From NCBI RefSeq assembly GCF_009914755.1, contig NC_060930.1: a DNA stretch of 64,000 bases; one strand, written 5' to 3'. Source of the DNA: the human T2T-CHM13v2.0 reference genome, Homo sapiens. The notes beneath the pieces were generated by a model. The model searched no databases. It saw nothing but the letters and a program-made list of their open reading frames with translations, and had not been told where the DNA came from. This document shows, in pieces, positions 52,925 through 64,000 of this stretch (its first letter is position 1; every line of letters starts with the position of its first letter). A program made the translations under genes and the position numbers.

Positions 52925-54578
52925 TGAGAGGTGACAGCGTGCTGGCAGTCCTCAGAGCCCTCGCTTGCTCTCGGCGCCTCCTCTGCCTGGGTTCCCACTT
53001 TGGCGGCACTTGAGGAGCCCTTCGGCCCGCTGCTGCACTGTGAGAGCCCCTTTCTGGGCTGGCCAAGGCCAGAGCCGGCTCCCTCAGCTTGCAGGGAGGT
53101 GTGGAGGAAGAGGCGCCAGCGGGAACCGGGACTGCGCGCAGCGCTTGCGGGCTAGCTGGAGTTCCGGGTGGGCGTGGGCTTGGCGGGCCCTGCACTCGGA
53201 GCAGCCGGCCGGCCCAGGCAGTGAGGGGCCTAGCACCCGGGCCAGCGGCTGCGGAGGGTGTACTGGGTCCCCCAGCAGTGCTAGCCCACCGGCGCTGCGC
53301 TCGATTTCTCGCCCGGCCTTAGCTGCCTTCCCACGGGGCAGGCCTCAGGACTGCAGCCCACCATGCCTGAGCCTTCCCCCGGCTCCGTGGGTTCCTGTGC
53401 AGCCGGAGCCTCCCTGACGAATGCCGCCCCCTGCTCCAGGGCACCCAGTCCCATCGACAGCCCAAGGGCTGAGGAGTGCGAGCGCATGGCACAGGACTGG
53501 CAGGCAGCTCCACCTGCAGCCCTGGTGCGGGATCCACTGGGTGAAGCCAGCTGGGCTCCTGAGTCTGGTGGGGACTGGAGAGTCTTTATCTCTAGCTCAG
53601 GGATTGTAAACACACCAATCAGCACCCTGTGTCTAGCTCAGGGTTTGTGAGTGCACCAATGGACACTCTGTATCTAGCTGCTCTAGTGGGGCCTTGAAGA
53701 ACCTTAATGTCTAGCTCAGGGACTGTAAACACACCAATCAGCACCCTGTGTCTAGCACAGGGTTTGTGAATGCACCAATCGACACTGTATCTAGCTGCTC
53801 TGGTGGGGCCTTGGAGAACCTTTATGTCTAGCTCAGGGATTGTAAATACACCAATCGGCACTCTGTATCTAGCTCAAGGTTTGTAAACACACCAATCAGC
53901 ACCCTGTGTTTAGCTCAAGGTTTGTGAATGCACCAATCGACACTCTGTATCTAGCTGCTCTGGTGGGGCCTTGGAGAACCTGTGTGTAGAAACTCTGTAT
54001 CTAACTAATCTGATGGGGAGGTGGAGAACCTTTGTATCTAGCTCAGGGATTGTAAACGCACCAATCATCGCCCTGTCAAAACAGGCCACCTGGCTCTACC
54101 AATCAGCAGGATGTGGGTGGGGCCAGATAAGAGAATAAAAGCAGGCTGCCCCATCCAGCAGTGGCAACCCGCTGGGGTCCCCTTTCACGTTGTGGAAGCT
54201 TTGTTCTTTCACTCTTTGCAATAAATCTTGCTGCTGCTCACTCTTTGGGTCCACACTGCGTTTATGAGCTGTAACACTCACCGCGAAAGTCTGCAGCTTC
54301 ACACCTGAAGCCAGCGAGACCACGAGCCCACCCGGAAGAACCAACAACTCCAGACGCGCCGCCTTAAGAGCTGTAACACTCACCGTGAAGGTCTGCAGCT
54401 TCACTCCTAAGCCAGCAAGACCACGAACCCACCAGAAGGAAGAAACTCCGAACACATCCGAACATCAGAAGGAACAAACTCCAGACGCGCCACTTTAAGA
54501 GCTGTAACACTCACCGCGAGGGTCCGAGGCTTCATTCTTGAAGTCAGTGAGACCAAGAACCCACCAATTCTGGACACA
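52925..54578 (+). mobile_element. LTR12C (ERV9) solo LTR
   Basis: Starts TGAGAGGTGACAGCGTGCTGGCAGTCC, ends ccaattctggacaCA. 4-bp TSD atgg at 52921-52924 and 54579-54582. CpG-rich U3, tandem CCAAT units, U5 repeats. Confidence 0.95.
53590..54140 (+). promoter_or_regulatory. LTR12 enhancer/promoter repeat array
   Basis: Nine CCAAT boxes in ~40-bp tandem units (53610-54105), AGATAA 54125-54130, TATA-like AATAAAA 54134-54140. Confidence 0.75.
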
Positions 54579-54879
54579 ATGGGACACCAGCTCCCATGGT
54601 CCGCATTTGCTAGTCCTTCTGCTGGGAATGTCTTCCATCCACCCACCTCTAGCTTCAAGACTGAGCTCAGTTAATACCACCTTGCCAGGTCTACCCTGAC
54701 ACCTGCATTTCCCTCCCTCTCTCACAAGGTCTTTCTTTTCTTTGTACTGCCTCTCAACCTCCTGCATAACAGGCTGATGCCAGAGTGGGGATTGGAGTGA
54801 GGAAAATGGGGCACTTAAAGCAGAAGCCAGTAAGAGGGTGCCAAAACATTCAGTAATCAAGATAAATCATATTTATATT

Positions 54880-55193
54880 TATATTTATATTGTGGGAAAA
54901 TATATATAATGCTTACTCTTTTACCAATTTTTAAGCATGTAATTCAGTGGCATGAAATATATTCACATTGTACAACTATCACCTCTATCCATTTCAAGAG
55001 CTTTTTCATCCTCTCAGACAGGAGCTCTGTACCATACCTATTAAACAATCCCTCACCATTCCTTCTCCCTCCAATCCTTAGTAACCACTATTCTACTTTC
55101 AGTCTTTATGAATTTGCTAATTCTAGAGCCTCATATAAATGAAATCATACAATATTTGTCCTTTTGTGACTGGCTTATTTCACTTAGCATAAT
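54880..55193 (-). mobile_element. L1MA/MB 3' end fragment
   Basis: attcacattgtacaactatcacc...tggcttatttcacttagcataatg motifs. Confidence 0.75.
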
Positions 55194-55423
55194 GAAGATA
55201 TATTTTAATGCAATATTTTAATAATAAACATTAATGACAAAAAGCCATGATTAACAAAATATCAAAATTTTAGACAAAGTATAAGAATCACTGATACTTT
55301 TTCCTTTTGCTTCAGGTTCCAGTATAGCTTGGTGGTGACTCTGTCTCTATTGAAGATTTTGAAGTTTTGTTCACGATGGATTTTATTTTTTGCATTAATT
55401 TTTATTTTAAAAAATATTGCAAA

Positions 55424-55733
55424 GGCCAGGTGTGATAGCTCATTGTCTGTAATCCAAGCACTTTGGGAGGCCAACATGAGAGGATTGCTTGAACTCAGGA
55501 GTTTGAGACCAGCCTGAGCAGCATGGCAAGACCAGTCTCTACAAAAAAATTTTTAAAAATTAGCTGGGTGTAGGGGTGCACACCTGCAGTCCCAGCTATT
55601 TGGAGGCTGAGGCAGAAGGATTACTTGAGCCAGGAGGTCGAGGCTGCAGTGAGCCATGATCATACCACCGCACACCAGACTGGGTGACAGAGAGAGATCC
55701 TATCTCAGAAAACAAAAATAAATAAAAAATAAA
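55424..55733 (+). mobile_element. AluJ
   Basis: Diverged full dimer with A tail. Confidence 0.9.
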
Positions 55734-57314
55734 ATTTGCATTAAAGTATTCTTTATCTTGATCATTGATTTTTTTGGTAGTCCATTACATTTTGCACCCA
55801 AAGAAAGTGGTTCAAATGCCCTACCCCAGGGCCAGCCCTGGTGGTGCCAAACCCTTTCCTCCTACCACCCCAAATAAGCACACAGCCAAAGGAAGAAATA
55901 ATATGCTTGCATGCAAACACAGCTTCAGAACAGGTCCTTCTATAGTGGGTGCCACCCCTCCGTGAGACTGCTGCCCCAAAGCCCCTGTTAGACTCCTGAG
56001 CCACTCATGCACATCCTGCTGCACTCTGCACCATCTTGCTGCACTGTGATGATTTGCCTTCAGTCCATCTGCCTTTCTGGTCTGTGAGCTCTTTGAAGGC
56101 ACAGACTGAATCTTTTTCATCTTTGTTTTCACACTGCCTTGTACAGTGTTGGGCTCACAGAAGACACTTAATTGTTGAATGAAAAGTTCCTCGACTCCCT
56201 TTTCCACCATTAATAATGATTCCAAGATAGCTAATTAGACTTTGCTTTAATCTAGTTTAATTCCAACATCCCATAATCCATGTAGGTTCATATTAAAGGG
56301 CTAGAGACATAGAAAGCCCTAACTATGGCATGCCTCAAAAAGGTCATTTCAGGGTTACCTAGTCTTTTACTTACTCTTGGTCCTCTAAACCAGGGACAGC
56401 CCACTTACCATCCCCGTGTGCTGTTCTGCCATGGAGGAGGGACGTGCCCGGAAGATTGCTGGAACAGTACCTACTTCTCTTTTTCCAAGGTGCTGATTCT
56501 GCCTGTCTCTGCCTGGCAGAATGCTGTCTGCATGCTGGGCCTGGCTCTCTTGGCTGCCTCCCTCTTGGCTTACAGAACCAGATGCACCTCCAAAGTAATG
56601 CCTGAACCCCTGTTTGGTTTCGTGATCTTACTTCCTGTCTTTTGGCCACAGTCCTTACATTGGCTCAAAGTCTCAAACCACAGATTATGGCCAGTGTCCC
56701 CTGGGTTCCAGATCCTGGCATTGTGATTTATAGATTTCTCACATTTGAATTTAGTTTGGACCCCATCAACTCAGTTGAGATTTCACTTCTTACTTGATGC
56801 CAGTAGAAAATGGAGTTCCCAAATTCTTAAGTGCCTAGAATTGTTCATCTGGCTCTACATTGAGGTCTTTAAAGCAAAATCAAACATCACAACATCCAAA
56901 CTCTCAGCTTCTGAATTTATCATCCACCTCAGAGCCAAATGTCCCCACCCTAATGAAGTTTGTTTTGCCAATAGCCAGGGTTTTTCTTGGATCTATTTTG
57001 CTTTAGTTGTTGGATCATAGTTAAGTTCAACTTATAAATTTAACTTTATAACTAAAAAATTTCTTTCTTTCATTAAGGATGCTCACTGTTTTTGAGGTTC
57101 CTCCTTCTCTCCTGTCTCCATAAATAGTCTTAATTGTCTGTACAATTAAGATCGACTAACCAAAGATGTATGATAGGGCAAAGTGCCCAGATACAAGGAG
57201 ATAGCAACAATCTTGTAACTGCTGTATCCATCACTTTTCACAATACTTTAAAAGGAAGTCTATGTTGAAAGCAATCCTGACTGCTCTTTCCAATTCCATA
57301 AATGCCAAAGTTAA

Positions 57315-57489
<175 letters not shown>

Positions 57490-57741
57490 TATATTTTTTT
57501 TTAAAAAGTCATCTTAATACTGTGCAAAAACAGCCAACTCATGAATTGTAGTCATATAATAAATGCCCTCAAACATTCACAAAGTTATAGAGCTAAAAAT
57601 ACTGTATGTGTGTCTTGTGAAATTAAATTTCTGTATAGTATATCCATTTTGGATAGCTTGAAGAAATATGCAATGATAGCAATTATTATGTTATTATTAT
57701 TATTACGCAATTATTATGTTATTATTGTTACATATGCATGC

Positions 57742-58172
57742 TGTATTAGCTTGCTAGGGCTGCCATAACAAAGTACTACATCCTAGGTGGCATATAAAAC
57801 AAAAATGTATTGTTTCACAGTTCTTTAGGCTACAACAAAAAGATCGAGGCGTTAGCAAGGGTAGTTTCTTCTGGAGGCTTGAAGGGAAGGATCTGCTTCA
57901 GGCCTCTCTCCTGGCTTGTAGATGGCTATCTTCTCCCTGTATCTCTTTACATCATCTCCCTTCTATGTGTGTCTGTCTGGGTCCAAATTTTCTCTTTTTA
58001 TAAGTGCACCAGTTATTTTGAATTAGGAAGACCCTAATGTTCTCATTTTGACTTGATTACCTTTGTAAAGATCCTATTTCAAATAAGGTCATATTCTGAG
58101 GTACTGGCAGTTTGAACTCTATCATAACTTTTTGGGGATGACTTAGGGAGACAACACAATTTAACTCATAAC
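57742..58172 (-). mobile_element. MLT1 (A/B/C-type) MaLR LTR
   Basis: tgtattagcttgctagggctgccataacaaagtac ... aaataaggtcatattctgaggtactgg. Confidence 0.8.
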
Positions 58173-58264
58173 CCATATCATGTTCATGTTTTCATATCTT
58201 ACTTCACTTTAGGAAGAATGCAAGATATCCCTATGTGTATGTTAACATGAAAAGTAAATTTTAA

Positions 58265-58721
<457 letters not shown>

Positions 58722-58861
58722 TCTGAGATCTTTTATGTCATTCTCAAGTTCATTAAGTTTTAGGAATTAAATGGTGCATCTCGTCATTTGTTGAAAGGGA
58801 AATCTGCCTCACCTTCATCACAGCCGATGCCCATTTTCAATCTCATTTCATGTTACTCAGT

Positions 58862-59013
58862 CAGAACTTGCTACATAATTCATGAGGCCCAGCGCAAAAT
58901 GAAAATGGAGGGCCCTGTGTTCAAAAATTAGAATTTTAAGACAGCAATATCAGAGCATTAAATCAAGTATGACACCCTTCTAAACAGCTTGCAAACCCCT
59001 GAAGCCAGCCCTG
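58862..59013 (-). mobile_element. MER45A-like DNA transposon relic
   Basis: gctacataatt..ggcccagcgcaaaatgaaaatg...gaagccagccctg. Confidence 0.65.
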
Positions 59014-59826
59014 AACTCCGTGTACTTGAGGCAATCATACCAAATACACATTTTGAAATGGTAAAAATATTGCAAAATTGTTTACTTTGGTGAAAGTTTT
59101 CATGGAGGGTGCAGGGCACAATTGATAGACCTCCACAGTGTCTATGAAAGGAAGAAACTGTGCTAACAGTTTGAGGGTTTGTGGGGAGATCTTGATCTCA
59201 GAGGCTTACTCAAGGTTTACCTCTTGTGCATGTCATTAGCAGAGTCTAGTTTGAAAATAATCCTGTGAGGCTCTTCTCCAAGCAGCCTGGGTGGGGAGTG
59301 GAGGCGCTTCCATCTTTGAATTTCATCACCATCACCTTGGAGTTCTTTGCTTCTAGCCACAAAAAGGGGAGGGAGAGAGGAGAGAAGCTCCACCCTGTCT
59401 TTCCTGCTTCATATAAGAAATATCATATCATTAATCATCACGTTTTCATTGAACAGAACTCAGTTCAATGTTCCCAACCTAACCTCATGGGAGGCTGAGA
59501 AATACAGCTTTCTTATATGCCTAGGAAAAGGCAATAAATTGATGAACATCTAGCTTGACTCTGCCACAGAAATTATCAGTTTTCATGGAAATAAAATAAA
59601 TCTATTAACTGCATATTAACAAATGTTAACTAAGTACACAGAACTGTGCTATTTTTGAGAAAAGGTTAGAGAAAATATCTGTTTTCTTCTCTCAAAAAGC
59701 ATAGCATTTCATGGCAAGGACAAAACACACACACCCCAAAAAGATCAATATCGAAAGAGATTATTGTATCATCATGGGCTAGGGGATTGAGAAAATTTCA
59801 TACAGGAAGCCCTACTTAAGAATAGT

Positions 59827-60325
59827 GTGGAAATAAATGAAGACCACCCAAATCAGAACAAGCAAAGGCTTTTTATTCTGCGCTTGCTATGGCAAAAGAG
59901 TCAACCATCATCACCTACATTTGGCAGATATTCATAGGCAGACAAGGAGGCAGAAAGATTTATGGTGGAAAAAAGCAAAGACCTCAGGTGTGCCCTATCT
60001 GGAGGCCATTAGCATAGGAAAGCTGTAGGTGAACTAACTAAAAATGGAACATCCTATATAATTGGCTAGGGGTACATGTTTGACTTTCTCCAGTGGGCCC
60101 CAAGATGGAAACAGGGGCAAAATTAGGGAAGACACTAGTTTATTAATCAAGTCCTAGCTGTTTGGGCCATACTGCCACAGGGGTGATTGTCTGGCTTTTT
60201 AGACTAGTAGCTCAAGATCGTTGTTTGGTTTCCGACAAGTCTGAGTTGTGGATAATAGGTTGGCTTCTTAGACTGGTTGCCACAGATTGTGGGTCATAGT
60301 TCTAATATTATATATAATCTGGCTA
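59827..60325. mobile_element. Old ERV LTR remnant, family uncertain
   Basis: Recognisable LTR-like text (cacccaaatcagaacaagcaaaggctttttatt...) with a reverse poly(A) signal. Confidence 0.5.
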
Positions 60326-60339
60326 ACTGCATAAGTAGA

Positions 60340-60470
60340 TTTTTTTTTTTTTTTTTAGTGACAGGGTCTCACTATGTTGTCAAGGCTGGCCTCAAATTAT
60401 TGGGCTCAAGTGATCTTCCCACCTCAGCCTCTCAAGTGGCTGGGACTAAAGACTAGTGTCACCATGACTG
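60340..60470 (-). mobile_element. Alu monomer (FLAM)
   Basis: Poly(T) plus gacagggtctcactatgttg...cctcagcctc. Confidence 0.8.
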
Positions 60471-60866
60471 ACTAAGCATAGATTGTTTTTAAAAGAGGAG
60501 GAAAAGAAGATCAGCATAGACAGAGTGGATGTTTCATGTTCATTCACCTATTCAACTAATTAACAAATATTCATTGAGCATTTACACCCTGCGAGATATT
60601 GTGCTTGGTGTTAGTGATAGAAAGAGGACGGAGACATAGTTTCCACCTTCAAGTAGCTTATAGCCTTTCTAAACCAGGATCTGAAGATGCCCTACAGAAA
60701 ATTATTTGAGTAACTATTTTCTCAAGTTTCCCAAGGATGAAACTAGGACCATAGATGCATAGGACAGAAGTTAATTCATCACACACAATGAGTACCTGAT
60801 GGTTTAGGGGTAAAAATCTCTCCTGAACTCTGAGTTGAAAAGGATTGGAGGGAAAAAAAATAGGCA

Positions 60867-61434
60867 TGTAAATGAAGAGGATCTAAATTATTGCCACTTT
60901 GGCTTATTGATTATTTTGATCTGAAAGCAATTCAGAAACAGCAGATATAAAAGAGTTCTCTGACCTCCTCCTTTCTTTCTACCTAAAAGTAAAGCATACA
61001 TTTTCTATGAGAAAAGTGCTCTCCCTGTATAAGGAAGAGGAAACTTCTCATCACCAGAGATAGGGGAGTCAACACTGATGAATATGTACAAACAAACCTA
61101 CTAAAATAACCCTTACCTTCCATTAGCTTCCCCCATATATTTCTTACTCACTTTCCCACTATTTACCACCCTTAAGCAAAACCCTTTTTTCTTTTTCTTG
61201 TCACATCTCCACAATTTACTGTTCTTTATTAAAATGGTATATAAGCTCTCAGGCTTATTAGCTTCTTTGGCTCTTTATTTCTTTTACATGAAGACCTCCA
61301 TGTACACTTAAAAAATACTGACATCAAATAAAATATGTACGCTTTTCTCTTCTCAATCTGTCCCTTGCCAGTTAAATGCTCAGGCCCAGCCACAGAACCT
61401 CAGAGGGAAGAAAAAAAGTCTTTCTTCTCCTACA
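60867..61434 (+). mobile_element. MER34-family ERV1 LTR
   Basis: gccactttggcttattgattattttga.ctgaaagcaatt start; ends tttcttctcctaca. Confidence 0.65.
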
Positions 61435-61594
61435 TAAACAAGTATAATAAAATATTATTGATAAGAGACTGTCTCTGCCTTCTTTTCTATTGATACTCAA
61501 CAATTCCATGCTACCCACAACCAGCACCACCCAAATGCAACCATCAAAGTCTAGCCCAGGGCAAAAGAAATAAGTCAGACTTGGCTTTGTCTAA

Positions 61595-62231
<637 letters not shown>

Positions 62232-62261
62232 TAAAAATAATTTTTAAAAACAGTTGCCCTT

Positions 62262-63350
62262 CAAGGACTTCATGACTAAAACACCAAAAGCAATGGCAAC
62301 GAAAGCTAAAATAGACAAATGGGATCTAATTAAACTAAAGAGCTTCTGCACAGCAAAAGAAACTACCATCAGAGTGAACAGGCAACCTACAGAATGGGAG
62401 AAAAATTTTGCAATCTACCCGTATGACAAAGGGCTAATATCCAGAATCTACAAAGAACTTAAACAAATTTACGAGAAAAAAATCAAACAACCCCATCAAA
62501 AGGTGGGCAAAGGATATGAACAGACACTTCTCAAAAGAAGACATTTGTGCAGCCAACAGACACATGAAAAAATGCTCACCATCACTGGTCATCAGAGAAA
62601 TGCAAATCAAAACCACAATGAGATACCATCTCACACCAGTTAGAATGGCGATCATTAAAAAGTCAGGAAACAACAGGTTCTGGAGAGGATGTGGAGAAAC
62701 ATGAACACTTTTACACTGCTGGTGGGAATGTAAACTAGTTCAACCATTGTGGAAGACAGTGTGGTGATTCCTCAAGGATCTAGAACTAGAAATACCATTT
62801 GACCCAGCCATCCCATTACTGGCTATATACCCAAAGAATTATAAATCATGCTACTATAAAGACACATACACACATATGTTTATTGCAGCACTATTCACAA
62901 TAGCATAGACTTGGAACCAACCCAAATGTCCATCAATGATAGACTGGATTAAGAAAATGTGGCACATATACACCATGGAATACTATGCAGCCATATAAAA
63001 GGATGAGTTCATGTCCTTTGTAGGGACATGGATGAAGCTGGAAACCATCATTCTCAGCAAACTATCACAAGGACAGAAAACCAAACACCGCATGTTCTCA
63101 CTCATAGGTGGGAATTGAACAATGAGAACACTTGGACACAGGGCGGGGAACATCACACACTGGGGCCTGTCGTGGGGTTGGGGGAGGAGGGAGGGACAGC
63201 ATTAGGAGAAATACCTAATGTTAATGACGAGTTAATGGGTGCAGCACACCAACATGGCACATGTATACATACGTAACAAACCTGCACGTTGTGCACATGT
63301 ACCCTAATTTTTTATTATACTTAAAGTATAATAAAATAAATAAATAAATA
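62262..63350 (+). mobile_element. 5'-truncated L1PA5/6-like element
   Basis: ORF2 C-terminus, 3' UTR and (TAAA)n tail. TSD agttgccctt at 62252-62261 and 63352-63361. Confidence 0.92.
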
Positions 63351-64000
63351 GAGTTGCCCTTAACTTTGGGTATAGTAAATAATTGATTTGCTCATACCTT
63401 GCAGTGTCACTGTATTCATATGCAATATTGACCCAGTAGTTTGCAAACCTTGGTTTCAATACCCAGGTTAAATATCCCTTCTTAAAGATGCCAAGATGAA
63501 GATTTGTATAATTCTCTCTTCATCCTCCAAGCTGACAATACTGAGGAGGCCATTGGGCATCAAATAATGGACCCCTCATGGATATTATGAAAGTCATCTT
63601 TTTATCCCTCTAAACAGTTGGTGAATAGTGTGTGTAAGACTATCAGAGAAGAATTGGGATTTTGTGAAATTGAGCATGTTGTTTCAAACATTTATGTCCA
63701 TTAGGCATATGGTCTCAAAAGGTATCCTATCTTCCTAGCTGAGCAATTATGCAGATTATGGGGTTCACAGAGTGTTCATTGAGAGAGACCCAGGGATGAG
63801 GAGCCAATTCAGTAGATGCCACAGTAGTGGCATCAAGAATGATTCCCCCAAGCAATAACCAAGTGAGGAAAAAATGTGAGAAATACACTTATTGGGACAG
63901 ACCAGGCTGGAAAAATCATTCCAGGCAGAGAAAGGTTGGTAAGCAAAAGCCTAGAAGCATAAAACTGCATGGAGCATTCCAGAATGACAGTATTTCAGAG

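Larger units (their letters stand above)
54770..55840. mobile_element. MER96B-like hAT DNA transposon relic interrupted by an L1M fragment and an Alu
   Basis: Inverted arms (cagtaatcaagataaat...tattttaatgcaatattt vs aaatattgca...tttatcttgatcattg). Ends gccagccctg. Confidence 0.6.

Noticed and set aside
53590-54540. Regular repeat units resembling a CRISPR array
   Set aside because: Eukaryotic DNA; units are the standard LTR12 U3/U5 tandem repeats without unique spacers or cas genes.
52816-54860. Dense overlapping 60-150 aa ORFs
   Set aside because: By-product of GC-rich LTR12C sequence; no recognisable protein.

Overview
Primate (human-like), AT-rich, repeat-dominated intergenic or intronic DNA. 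I can support no intact protein-coding gene, RNA gene or CRISPR array, and I do not see a new biological system. Most ORF-track entries are L1/Alu/LTR debris or chance ORFs. Two nested retrotransposition structures stand out. (1) 12.9-20.9 kb: an L1PA8-like fragment was split by a processed KPNA4 (importin alpha-3) pseudogene. That pseudogene was then hit by an antisense L1 3' fragment, a processed KRT18 pseudogene (itself joined to an L1PA7-like fragment), an AluSc, and a 180-bp non-retrotransposed local copy of the neighbouring L1. (2) 29.6-42.5 kb: a full-length antisense L1PA7-like element was split by a full-length sense L1PA3-like element carrying a ~0.55-kb 3' transduction. Also present are a solo LTR12C, a near-complete MST MaLR provirus, other LTRs, Alus, MIR/L2/MER relics and one strong CTCF motif. 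Target-site duplications (TSDs) were read directly from the sequence. Repeat subfamily names come from recalled diagnostic sequence and need RepeatMasker/Dfam confirmation.
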